Positions 49,358 through 62,100 of a stretch of DNA of 64,000 nucleotides are shown here, piece after piece. The notes beneath the pieces were generated by a model. It saw nothing but the letters and a program-made list of their open reading frames with translations. It was not told where the DNA came from and did not search any database. The stretch covers positions 20,101,237-20,165,236 of the forward strand of contig NC_092672.1 in the NCBI RefSeq assembly GCF_964355755.1, read 5' to 3'. Origin of the DNA: Antedon mediterranea (Eukaryota > Animalia > Echinodermata). Each line of letters begins with the position of its first letter. Within the stretch, counting starts at the first letter, position 1. The position numbers and the translations under genes are program-made.

Positions 49358-51895
49358 ATAAATTATTATCAACATTGCTAGTTAATGTAAGTCTAAAATA
49401 TTTGGCTTCCAGAGGCTGTTAAACTTAATGTAAATTATACACCAAAAATTAACAAAATTGGCCGAAAATCGTTATTTTTCGATTTTCTCGAAAACTAAGC
49501 GATATTTTACCAAAAAACTACACATCAGGTTTACTTACATCAAGGTCTACCATATGTGGAAACTATGTGCCAATTCAAAATTGTGACCCTTGCCAAATCA
49601 GTATTAAACATTTTGTGTAACATAAATATAGTTTGAATTACTATAGACTATAGTACTATGCATATTATGAGTTAGAGGCATTAACCTCTAAGGTTGAAGT
49701 AACCCACTTATCCCCAAACAAAAAAGTAAACAAAACATTTCTAATTTTCCATGAGCATTCGTTGTACAGCAGCAGCCGACAAACATACACACTAATCAAA
49801 CAATTGTCATCTATATGAGGAAGGATCGTTTTGACCATTATTCAATGATTATCTGACGGTAATTATTACATGGCCTCTATGTTGACAGCCAAAACAAAGT
49901 CATTGTTATTGAAAATAGGTCTTACAAACTAATGTCTGCATACTGTACATATCTCAAAGACCCTCTGTGCACATGCCCAGTTTGAGTTTACAAATTCCCA
50001 TTTAGACTTTCTTACCAGACGTGCTTTGGGGTGTGCTCATGCCCAGTTTGTGTTTCTAAATACCCATTTTTTCAGCCTTAGTAATCTATTATAAGCTTGT
50101 GCATGGCTAATGCTTCCGTTCTCTTGAATGTAACTGCCTAAAGGACTGGTGCGAAAATTATTGTTTACTTTTGAAAATTAACTTTTTTTATTTATTTTAT
50201 TTACTGAAGTATAAAAAATGTTGATGGGATAAGCAATGATTATGGAACATACAGCACTTTATTTGTTTATTGGTATACTCCTGGTGAGCATGGTCTACTA
50301 TGAAAGTTTTAGCCTCAGTGAATATTATTCACATCCTATACACAATGTATTGAACTTTTTGTCTTCAATGTTCATCAAAATAATATATTAATATCAGATT
50401 ATTTATTTTTGTTTTAAAATCATTAGTTATATAGGATTTATATAATTTTTTATTAGATAATTGTTAGTTGCATTAAATTTGTTTTGAAATGTCAGTATGT
50501 ATACATATGAATAAATAATGTTTATTATTTCTTTTATAATTACTGTATAAGGTCTTATTTCCAGTGATTGTTTGTAATAAATTATTATCAAGATGCTAGT
50601 TAATGTAAGTCTAAAATATTTGGCTTCCAGAGGCTGTTAAACTTAATGTAAATTATACACCAAAAATTAACAAAATTGGCCGAAAATCGTTATTTTTCGA
50701 TTTTCTCGAAAACTAAGCGATATTTTACCAAAAAACTACACATCAGGTTTACTTACATCAAGGTCTACCATATGTGAAAACTATGTGCCAATTCGAAGTT
50801 TTGACCCTTGCCACCTAATGTTTGATTTTTAGTGACTGGCTCTCCTAATAATTTAAGAAATAAAGATTTATTATCAATTATTTTTGTTTAAAAATCAGTA
50901 TTAAACATTTTGTGTAACATAAATATAGTTTGAATTACTATAGACTATAGTACTATGCATATTCTGAGTTAGAGGCATTAACCTCTAAGGTTGAAGTGAC
51001 CCGCTTATCCCCAAACAAAAAAGTAAACAAAACATTTCTAATTTTCCATGAGCCTTCGTTGTACAGCAGCAGCCGACAAACATACACACTAATCAAACAA
51101 TTTTCATCTATATACACCCCATTTGGCAAAAATATTTATCATAGAGGAAGGATCGTTTTGACCATTATTCAATGATATATCTGACGGTAATTATTACATG
51201 GCCTCTATGTTGACAGCCAAAACAAAGTCATTGTTATTGAACATAGGTCTTACAAACTAATGTCTGCATACTGTACATATCTCAAAGACCCTCTGTGCAC
51301 ATGCCCAGTTTGAGTTTACAAATTCCCATTTAGACTTTCTTACCAGACGTGCTTTGGGGTGTGCTTATGCCCAGTTTGTGTTTCTAAATACCCATTTTTT
51401 CAGCCTTAGTAATCTATTATAAGCTTGTGCATGGCTAATGCTTCCGTTCTCTTGAATGTAACTGCCTAAAGGACTGGTGCGAAAATTATTGCTTACTTTT
51501 GAAAATTAACTTTTTTTATTTATTTTATTTACTGAAGTATAAAAAATGTTGATGGGATAAGCAATGTTTATGGAACATACAGCACTTTATTTGTTTATTG
51601 GTATACTCCTGGTGAGCATGGTCTACTATGAAAGTTTTAGCCTCAGTGAATATTATTCACATCCTATACACAATATATTGAACTTTTTGTCTTCAATGTT
51701 CATCAAAATAATATATTAATATCAGATTATTTATTTTTGTTTTAAATTAGTTATATAGGATTTATATAATTTTTTATTAGATAATTGTTAGTTGCATTAA
51801 ATTTGTTTGAAATGTCAGTATGTATACATATGAATAAATAATGTTTATTATTTCTTTTATAATTACTGTATAATGTCTTATTTCCAGTGATTGTT
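49358..51895. repeat. ~1.2-1.3-kb tandem duplication (49358-50575 / 50576-51895)
   Basis: Near-identical blocks from taataaattattatcaa to tttccagtgattgttt. Copy 1 lacks ~80 bp containing the TIR tip and ~30 bp near 49815. Confidence 0.92.
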
Positions 51896-52265
51896 TTTGT
51901 TATATCCTTGAAATAAAAAGAATATAACATTTTTTTTGGTGTAAATTTTAATAATTTTAATAAGTCAATTCAATAAATATAAAACACTAATAATAAAGAT
52001 GTTATAAAATCTATTAAAATGTATAAATTTTAATATGTTTTACATTGATATGATTTGTTTGGTTCTTGGTAGTATTCTGGCATCAGCCAAATCTTCACCC
52101 ATTTTAAAGACAGGCTTGAGCTATCCAGGGAGGTATGAAAATGGTCATGGTATTTCTAAAAACTGTCCATTTGATCTAACAAATTTAAAAAATGAAAACA
52201 TGTTTATACATATATCTGTTATTATGTGGTTCAAAAAGATGTCTACAATTAACTTGTTTATCTAT

Positions 52266-52370
52266 TTTAGTCGTGTGCAACGTGACTCTACAGCTCACTA
52301 TGTTGGTCGGTCGGTAAACACTAACTCAAATTTGCGCACACGACTGCAGCCATGTATATGGCCTTGTTTT
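52266..52370 (+). mobile_element. Short Helentron/HINE (DINE-1-like) element
   Basis: T-run start, subterminal inverted repeats AGTCGTGTGC / GCACACGACT, (GGTC)n microsatellite, 3' hairpin GCCATGTATATGGC then cttgTT. Confidence 0.65.
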
Positions 52371-52925
52371 TTATCAGATTAAACTCAACATTAATATTGT
52401 TACAATCAATATTTAAACTAATGTGTGTATGTCAAACCTCTCAAGACGGACAATTTTTTGTTGGTACACTAACAAATCTTTCTTTAGAATAGTGCAGGCC
52501 ATTATCTCTGATAATATAAAATAATAGATTTGCATTACATACAAAATAATAACCATGTGCAAGGCTTCCAATTGAAATGAAAGTACAAAAGCAATCGATA
52601 AATAGGATATGCTACACTCACAATAACTTGTACTAGCTAATGCCACCATCACACCATAGAGCAATGAACTATTTCTTTGCTCTATGATCGCACAAAAAAT
52701 AATTTAAATATGAAGTTTTAAACATGCTCCTGAAAGTAAAAGTTGGTACACTAAACCAATCTAGTAATTTAATATTTAAACAATATTAAATTTAAAAAAA
52801 AGTTAAATAATTAAAATACAAGGCAACAGCATTTTTATTTAAAAACTGGAATAATAATAAAAATGTATACAAAAGTAGAAATAAAATTTTAAAAAGCTAA
52901 TTTGATAGCATTTGCATTGTGTATA

Positions 52926-54270
52926 CTAGATGGTACGCTCGCTTCGCTCGCGTACCATCTAGGTCGTGCCCACAGATGGTTCTCGAATACATAATAATTT
53001 CAGCGTTAAAAAACTGGCGATTTCAAATGTACGTACCGCAGGACAATAATACATGTCGTTTACAGGAACGAATAAATAGACACTGATTTATGTACTCAAC
53101 TAAAATTAGCACCCTGGGAATTATTTCTGAAAGAGAAACTTGTCACAAAATGAGACCAATTGTTTAAGTCAAATTTAAACAAACTTATTTGTGTTTTGTA
53201 TGTAAAATTAGGGTTGAGGGATGGGGAAGAGGATGGGTGCAAAGAGGAACACTTTTTAAATATATTCTTTATCCATTTAGTAACGAAATATTAATTGTTT
53301 TCATGTTTTACAAATAATATACCACTACACACAGTAAAACATTGCGATTTAATACTTTGTTGAAACTATCACCGTCCTAGTCGATTGAAATAGTACAGTA
53401 TTTATTTATTTTTATTTATAAATATTAAATTATCTAACTCAACTTAATTAGTAGGCCTAAAGGTTTTCAATTGTTTCCTAGAGCCAATTCATACTTAAGT
53501 TGGTTCCTACCCTACCCACCAAAGTTGTTCTGCGTTTAGGGAATGTGATGTACCGTAGGCCTATCCTCTACTGGTTTTACAACGCTACTCATGCCAGTGA
53601 GGGAAGGGTGATGATGTGGGTGGTTTAACTGCAATAATAAAGATGTGTACATAATATACGGCGAGTGAAAACGCTAGCTCATTATCCGTTAAAAAAAAAT
53701 TATATCCAACCTCTGCAGCACAGATTGAAAAAAAAAAATTCTGTTATGAGTATACAGTACTTGCCTTTACGACGCCTGAGGGAATAGACGCTTGTGGAAC
53801 AGAGATTGGAATGTTCCATTCATCGCAAATCAATACATTTGTATAAACGTATATTAATTCTATCAAAATAGTATTTTTTAAAGAAAATCGGCCTGTCTTC
53901 AACATTATGATGCTGTACTCGAGCTGTTCAACCGGTTTTCAGCCATTAAAAACAATTATCGTAGGAGGAGATAGGAAAATGCGAAGCATCCTCGCATTAT
54001 TGTCTGCAGGTATTTATCAAGACGGACATCCATTAGACAGTGTATACCACGATCGAAAAACACCCCTATTTGGGGCAAATCGTTGAACCTAAATTCGTTT
54101 TAATCGTCAATAACTAATTATCGAACTCAATTTAATTAGTAAACAGGGTTACATCAGGTGGTTAAAATCAGTACCAAAAGTACGAACCAACTTTATATAC
54201 CATCGAGTAAACATTCTAGAAATAACGCGCGTTTTACCGAATTTTGCCCTTACGTAAATTTATATATAGA
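52926..54270 (-). mobile_element. Non-autonomous Helitron
   Basis: On the minus strand: A|TCTATATATAAATT start (54270) and hairpin CTAGATGGTACGCGAGCGAAGCGAGCGTACCATCTAG|T end (52926). Inserted between A and T with no TSD. Confidence 0.8.
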
Positions 54271-54399
54271 TGATCACACAGCAAATACAAGTTACAAATT
54301 GAATTTGAAAATTGACACTTAATGGATGTATAATTATATAAAATATTAATTAACTAATAAATATGTAAAAGATGTAACTTGTATGATTTAATATTTTAG

Positions 54400-54498
54400 G
54401 TTGGACGCTCAGCTTTGCATGTGGCAGCTACGGGAGGTCACTCAGACTGCTGTAACCTGCTGGTTGATGCAGGGTCAGACATCAATATCCAAGACAGA
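54400..54498 (+). CDS. Ankyrin-repeat exon (VGRSALHVAATGGHSDCCNLLVDAGSDINIQDR); gene continues beyond the window
   Basis: Exactly 99 nt, ankyrin consensus, attttag acceptor, AGA|GTAAGT donor, phase 0/0. Confidence 0.95.
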
Positions 54499-57488
54499 GT
54501 AAGTTATACATTCTTTCATAGTCATATTTTTTGATATTTTGTATTTTAAATATAATGATCTTTTGAGTAACAATATCTGCATGTTATAATGCTATTTAAT
54601 GTTTTTATTTAACTGTATTGATGCTAGAATTGGCATTATTTGAAGTTTTTCAATATATTTTTTTCTCTGATATTTAGTCATAAAAATTGCTATGACACTA
54701 TACATTTTGTTATGTTTAAACATTTCCATTGAACTCTTTATAAAACAATGAAAACTACAGCAACATACTATTGAAATATAATCCTTATTCCAAAGTGTAG
54801 ATATACAGTAATTAAGTCGGAATTATGTACACTTCTATTACACAAAATTTCAATTTTTTTTAGTTCATTTTCACAAAACTGTTTAATAACTTTTGAAACA
54901 CTATGATTCTACCTATATATCACAGAGGTACAAATGATCAAAGATGCTAGTTGATAGACATATAGACTGTATTCATTTATTTTATAATTATTATCATACT
55001 CATTTGCCATACTCTCCGCCATACTCTCCTTTATTCCTTTCAACAACATCACCACCAACTCCAACCACCTCCTGGTTATAGTCACCACCACCAATCCCAA
55101 GAATGATGATGCAGAATTTGGTTGAGAGCTAAAGTGATCTTTTAATACACACCACAATTATAGTTCTTTGTTATTAGGTTGTAATTATTTTTTCCATATA
55201 CAATATAAGATACAGATAGTATATCTGCCACATTTATTCTTTCTTTATACTCAGGATTAACAAACATAAATAAAACTGAAATAGCGGCACAAATATAATT
55301 TAGTAAGTTATTTACCGTACCTAGTTTTTAACAAATCACCTTACATAATAATTACAGTATCAAACCACCATTACAATGTCATACAAAATGTAATTTAAAA
55401 TAAACAAATCATCATTAGCATAACTAGGTGATGATTGATCCATAGCAATATTTTTAGTCTATTTAAAAAAATGTTTATTTCTTAAAATTTATTTAGATAT
55501 ACATACACACATAGTAAATTATAGTAAACAAAAAATAAATGGAAATTGTTTAACACTAAACAACCTACATTAGAGGTGAAATACCACTAAGAAACACAAG
55601 AAAGCTGAACTTAGACTTAAGAGCCATTGTCTGTAAGAATCAAAGAAATATCAAAAAGAGTGGCAGACTCAAAAAAATGGATTTCTTTCAAATTTTACAC
55701 ATGGCTATATATGTGTTGAGAGAAATCAAATATGAAGTATTTTTTATTTCACACGTATATTTCCATGGCAACGGCCAAATTTGTGTTTTTGACAAATTTT
55801 GTCCTTTTTTAAGGTTTTTTAAAGCCCCATTCCTTACGTTTTTTGATCTAATTTAAGATCACAAACTATATTTAATGTAAAAATAATACTATATCGTCCT
55901 ATTGCGATAACTTTTTTCGTCTTTAAACGGTTAAAAATGTGAAAAATAAGTCGATTCTAATAATTATAGTGGCCCGCTATAAATCCCAAAATGCATTGCG
56001 CGCGGATTGATATTTTTGTTTTTCACCTGTAATTCGCCCACTTTTCGATCGATCGTGAGGCCAAAACAAATGGAAGACTCCTAACTTTTCAGCGAAAATA
56101 CCGGGTTTTCCCCAATTTGTATCAACTGAGTCTGGCAAAAATAGAAAGACAATTAATGCAGCAACTATACAACGTCAGGCTAGGTATATAGCTCGCGTAC
56201 GATGTTCGTACGTTACCGATGTTTACCAGCTAGGCCTACAAAACTAAGCCTAGCTAGGCTAGGCCTAAGACCGTCCACGAGAGGTCGATCGCCGCGAGCT
56301 ACTTAGGTAGTGCATTGTTTCTCACTTTTTATCATAATTTACCATAAAACGTACATTTAAGACAAGAAACGACATGGTTTAATGTTTTTAAAGTGATATA
56401 TATGTATTATTTTCCAAAAAACGTCCAAAATTGCAGGGAAGGGGTCTTTAAAATGGATATTGGTACTACTTTGATGAACGATATTTTTGTGTTGTTCATT
56501 TAATTATAAAAAATAATTAGTGTATGCATAATAAGAATGCATTGTGTACCTGTTTCAAATTTTTTATTTTTTTTTATTTCATACCTTGGGAGATACCATT
56601 TATTTAAAAAGGGGTGTTTTTCACTTTTTTTAAATTGTTCAATGCAACTAAACTTTACTTCACCATAACGCCCAAAGTGGTGTATTTTTTTAGCTGATTT
56701 ATTACAAATAGGTAGCTCTAATGTTTAATAATTTATTTCTAAAATAAAATACTGGGGTAAATTTAAAATCTACAGGCAGTGTTGCGAGAAACATAGGCAT
56801 TTTTATAAAAAAAAAAACATGGTGTATTAGTAAAAACATTTTATTTTCTTTGATTATTTGATTTGAAACTCATTGGTCAGAAAAATTCTTAATGTTTTAT
56901 ATAGTTCTAGTTGTGTTGTGAGAAAAAAAAATTAATTTTTATTATAGATTCTGTAATTCCCAGTTTTAATGTCATTTTATAGGTTATATCCTCTGGAAAT
57001 TTGAATAAATTATCAGATCGTTGTGAATTTTAATCTTTGCAACAGATTACTCCTCTCTTATTTTGAAGCTCCTCTTTCATTTGTTTACTTCTTTTATTTG
57101 CTAACCTAAGCAGATCCCGCATGCCCATCCACCACCACTTTCGGCCTACCCACCCCGACCAACTATAACCACAAAAAGATAAACTGCAACACTTTGGTCG
57201 ATCATCCATTATAGAGTGTCAAATGCATGCATTCAAGCACCACCCACACTGCCGCTACTATCGCCCCAATGAATAGACGGATTCAAACTCCTCCATCCCA
57301 TCCCCTCCCCCTTTCTCCAAGCCCCACCCACCCCAAGTTAAAAATTGCAATGCAAAAGATAGGACATAAAGTTAAGTTTTTAGACCCTCGCCTTCAACCC
57401 CCTAACTATTTAAAAGTCCTGGATCCACCACTTTCCCATCCCCAAAATAGAACCAATCAAAAGTCAATGATATATTTCAAATCAGGGC

Positions 57489-57584
57489 TTCAAATCAGGG
57501 CTTCAATATTTGTTATAATGTAGCATTAACATACTCAGGTATGTTAATGCTACATTATAACAAATATTGAAGCCCTGATTTGAA
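57489..57584. repeat. Perfect 46-bp-arm inverted repeat with 4-nt loop
   Basis: ttcaaatcagggcttcaatatttgttataatgtagcattaacatac-TCAG-exact reverse complement. Confidence 0.95.
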
Positions 57585-57589
57585 ATTTC

Positions 57590-59250
57590 ATTTCATTTAA
57601 GGTCAGCATGTAAAATATCACACTTTATTATTAAATATTGGTTTTAAATTCTATATTTTTTTTACTGTGATGGTTGGATTCAGTATTAATTATTAATTAA
57701 TAATTATCTGATAATTATTTAATTTCCCTTAGTTATGCATAGCAACAGTTACTATGGTAACTACAAATGAGATATTCTTTAGATTTTGCATATTTATCTC
57801 ATACAAATTTAAATTTGTAGATTATTAGCAGGCATGCCTTATTTGCATTTTCAAATTACCGTTTCACAAGGTCATATTCGTAAGCACTTTCTTCTGTGAT
57901 TAATTTTATTCATGAAAACCCCATATTTTATTTACAGCGGCCACCTCCCTTAACGGACGCACTTTGAAAAGCCTGTTTGTTCTTCCTATCTAATTAGTGC
58001 ATTTGGTGCTTACCGTAAGCAGCTGCGGGCACCTTTTTATACTAACAATGAGATTTTTTGTAAGCGGCCAATCAAAAAATGCGATACTTATTGCATGGAA
58101 TTAGAGGTGCATGTTTATTGTATTTCTTTATATATTAGCTTCATTTTGAAGAGGTTTTAAAAACATTACTGTGAAGAGATGAGAAAACTACACAGATTTT
58201 GACCGACAATTTTTCATATAATAAAAGTTTTTTTAATTTGTCTGAAAATGCTAAAAAATACTAAACCACTTGATTATAAATAATAATAGGCCTACAATTA
58301 GCTGGAAAATTGAGAGGCTCGTTTCGTTAAGAATATCGTATATAGCCATAATAAGTGATTTTGGCCCTTTATCGGCAGAACCTCCCGTAAGGGGTCACCG
58401 CCCGTAAGCGGCCACTTTTCCAGGTCCCGAGGGTGGCCAATTACGGGAGGTTCAACTGTATTTAAAAAAACAATTATCCTTAGTTATGCATAGAAACAGG
58501 TTCTAAGATAACATAAATAATACATTTTGACATAACTTGACCCAACAAATGACCCTTTCACAAGGTCAGACATTTTCTGGGATTCAGTAGATAAGTAAAT
58601 TTGGGAAAAGGTAGTAAAGCTATGTAATCAATTGTTTGTAGTCATGAAACCCCATATTATTATTAAAAATATTGTACTTAGTTACGTATAGAAACAGTTG
58701 CTACAATACACTATAGGTAAAATGTTGATGTCATTTGACCTCAATATGTAAACATTTTTTTTTTCATGAAACTCCATATTTAATTTTTTTTTTTAAATAT
58801 CATTTGTTACGTAAACAGGTTTAAGATAACACTAAAGGTCATTTTTTTACCTTTATTCAGATTCGTCAATACTTTCTTTCTGAGATTATTAGGATTCAGT
58901 ATTTAAAGTAAAATGTTGACCTCAAAATGAATGAATTTACAAGGTCAAGTTTGTCATTAATGGAATGCAGTAGAAGTAAAATTTAGAAAAATTCCAAATG
59001 CAATCAATTCTTTGTATTTATAAAAACGCCATTTTTTACGTTTAAAAAAAAATTACTTTCCTTAGTTACACATAGAAATGGTTGCTAAGGTAACACTATA
59101 GGTAAAATAAGAAAATTTTTGAGAATTGTTATGAACTATCTTGTAAATTTTGATCAAACATTAATAGTTATAGTAAAGTGGGGACCTGTCCTGTTTTGCA
59201 TTCTGACCCCTTTTGACCTCAAATGACCTATTTACAAGGTCAGATTTTTT
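57590..59250. repeat. Degenerate tandem repeat inside the Sola3-type element
   Basis: Recurrent ccttagtta(t/c)gcatagaaac.gtt, catgaaaccccatatt and acaaggtca motifs at ~57727, 58478, 58677, 58805 and 59060. Confidence 0.7.
57935..58458. mobile_element. Tc1/pogo (Tigger-like) non-autonomous fragment
   Basis: TA|CAG start and ...acgggaggttcaaCTG|TA end. Repeated cccgtaagcggccac motifs. The left TIR is partly deleted. Confidence 0.65.
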
Positions 59251-60507
59251 TGGGAGGTCTTTCTGTATCTCTTTACACAAAATATATTTAAAAATTTATA
59301 AAAACCATTGACGCAATTATTTCCAAGTTTTTAAACATTATTTTCCATCAACTTCATATTTCAATGCAAAATACTGTTTTTCTGGCAATTAATTGAAATA
59401 AACCTGGCAACATATTCTCCTATTTTATCTAAAATATTCGTATGACTCTAGTAGCATTATGACAAGCCACATATACATTTTATTATTGGATTAGCCATAT
59501 TTAAATTGTGTTTCATGTGTTTTGTTTGTTGATTTTTTGTTATATTTTTTGTATTTTTCTTATTTTCCTGGCAACACAAAACCTATGTACAAAAATTACC
59601 CCAGTGTTTTTTTTGTGATTATTGTTGACAAACCTATTGACTATCAAATTAAAAAACCTCATTGATTTAAAAACACCACTTTGGAAGTTATTGGTACGTT
59701 TTTGAGGTATACTTTTATAAAAAAAATATTTTTTAAAAACACCCCTTTTTAAAATAATGGTATCAACCAAACTCCATTTTGTAATTTATTTTTTTTCTAC
59801 ATTAAATGGAACTCAATACATGTTGTTTACACTGCTATAAACAAAAACTGTATACTGTAAGTATTTTTGGTTAAAATAAGTATACAAGTTTGTACTTTTT
59901 CACTATAGAAAATCTGTGAAAAATGGCAAAAACATCAAAATTTGGATAATTGACCGTTGTCATGGCAACGGAGGCTAAAAATTGAAATGAATGTTGTAGA
60001 TATGCTTTTTATTGAAATGTCTATTCATGGTAAAAATTTGAGAGAAATCCATTTTTTTACATCTGCCACCAAATCTTTGATTTTTACAGACAATGGCTCT
60101 TAAATGTTCTACACAACTGTAACAAGTTCAGAGTGTATCCAACATTTAACATTATGACATATTTTAGACCACTGACAATGGTGATCACCAGTGCTTCGCA
60201 AACTCTTCAGTTGCACTTTATATCATGTTTTATTCATTGATATTTATTTTTTTAGGATAACATACAGTAGCTATATGTAAGGTTCAACTTTAATAATTTT
60301 AAAAAGTTTAACATTTTCTAACATTAATGTTAAAAGATTACTTTTAAAAGAACTTATATTATAATTTCAATTTTCAGTACATTAAGCTATTTAACAATTT
60401 AAAAAAAATATATGCCAAGTTATTGTAGCATAACTTTATATTTTAATCAATGGATGTAAATGACTTTGCATTATATAAATGTATTACAATTGTTTATAAA
60501 CTCTTAA

Positions 60508-62100
60508 AGGAGGTTCCGGGTTTAAAATGAATAGTAAAAAATGTAAAATATATTTGTTTGTCTCTTGAACGGTAAAAGTTTCAATTTATATAAGCGCCCA
60601 GTGAAGCAGAACGAAGGCTGTGAAATGAGGCCAGATTACAAGTGCAGCTACGGCGATATGACACTGTGTTACAGAATAGGAAATTCGTGAAATGGTCAAT
60701 CTTCCGACGACTGGTTATCATTAACCATATCAATTACTTTTGTAAAATTATACTTATCTAATGTAATTTTAGTCGGTCTTCCCATTTATAAAGTCAATTT
60801 TCTATGAAAATTCATCAAAACAGTGAAAAATTAGTTATGTTTGCACTTTACGTTTGCCGATTTTCGCACTGACTTAGGGAAAGCCTTCAAAATCAATGAA
60901 GCGTAACGTATACATTCCTGCTAGCTGAGCTAGGAGAGCGAGACGACGATACACGTGCTCTCTCTGCCCATGCCTGGCATCGTCAGGTGATAAGCAGATA
61001 CAGTATACAATACCAAACTGGTCGGTCGAGTATACCCCGTCTATAATCACAACATGAACGATGTACAGTATTTGGTTGAAGGTCGACTTGACCTACCGGA
61101 ATGGTATAGATAATATAGCTCGAATGAGAGAGTTGGAATATATATTGCTAATTTTAACAAGTGTAGCCTATAGTAAAAGGCCTGGTAGTATCAATTCGCA
61201 TAGGGTCTACTCTACACTAGCTAGCTCAATTTTTAACTGGGCCGAATCGGCTAGGTCTCCTTCCTACTACCTGGTCTACTTGCTTGATGCAGTATCTGCT
61301 TTTTTGGAGAGTAAACTAGGCCTATTTTAGGCCTACTTAGTAGACGATCGGGACACCATACGTGCGGACGGCGATCGGACCTTGTTTTGCCTCAATATTT
61401 ACAGCCGATTTTGTAGAATGTTTTAGGTTTAGATTGTTTTAGGAGTTTGGTTGATAGGATAGGTTTGGAATCCACTGAGTTGTGTTATTTATGGGCCAAT
61501 CGTTTAGTAGGCTAGCTAGGCCCATGATGGGCCCCAATGTTTTAACGTAGCCATTGTGGCATGGAATCCCAAGTCAGAATGGCTCTCAACACCCATGAAA
61601 AAAAAAATGATTTAGGCTAGGCCTAGCCTAGTAGTATGTGAAGCCGATAATACGATCTGTACTATTCGAGGTATAAAAATAGTATATAATTTAAGACTCC
61701 GTAACCTTTTTTATATTACTAAATGTCAAATAAATATATGCTACTGCTGTTATTATTACACTTTAGGCCTAGCTTAGAAAATCTACAAAAAATGTATTTC
61801 ACAATGATCGGGCGGTCGTCGTTTGACAGGGGAAATTAGTTAACAAACACAACGTACATGACGTCGCAAGTTTGGAATCCACTGATGACGTGATTTTGTG
61901 AATATCTCATGAATATTAATGACCTTCCCTAAGCTGCTGAAAAACAGACTTTCCATGAATTTACCCTAAAATGTATATGAAATTAAATTTTTTAATTTCT
62001 CGTTATTACTTCTTCATTCTGACATGTCTATATTGTTATGATGTTTTTTATTTAATAAATAAACGATATTTAAAAGCAAATTTAAACCCAGAATCCCCCT
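60508..62100. mobile_element. Kolobok-type non-autonomous element
   Basis: TTAA|AGGAGGTTCCGGGTTTAAA...TTTAAACCCAGAATCCCCCT|TTAA, with a CpG-rich interior. Confidence 0.8.

Larger units (their letters stand above)
45387..50844 (-). mobile_element. Sola3 DNA transposon, internally deleted, right end caught in a tandem duplication
   Basis: TTAA|GAG left end at 45387 and CTC|CTAA right end at 50844. ~650-bp TIRs (45387-46040 vs 48990-49595 and 50580-50844). Transposase remnants inside. TTAA target, GAG..CTC termini and long TIRs are described hallmarks of Sola3. Confidence 0.8.
55621..60099. mobile_element. Non-autonomous Sola3-type element, 4.5 kb
   Basis: TTAA|GAGCCATTGTCTGTAA...TTACAGACAATGGCTC|TTAA. 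Inverted similarity continues inward (gtggcaga..aaaaaaatggatttct; aaaaaggggtgttttt at ~56605 vs aaaaacaccccttttt at ~59735). Confidence 0.85.

Noticed and set aside
54990-55140. His/Gln/Pro-rich reading (QQHHHQLQPPPGYSHHHQ)
   Set aside because: Short, bounded by stops, no clear splice sites. Explained by a (cac/caa)n low-complexity tract.
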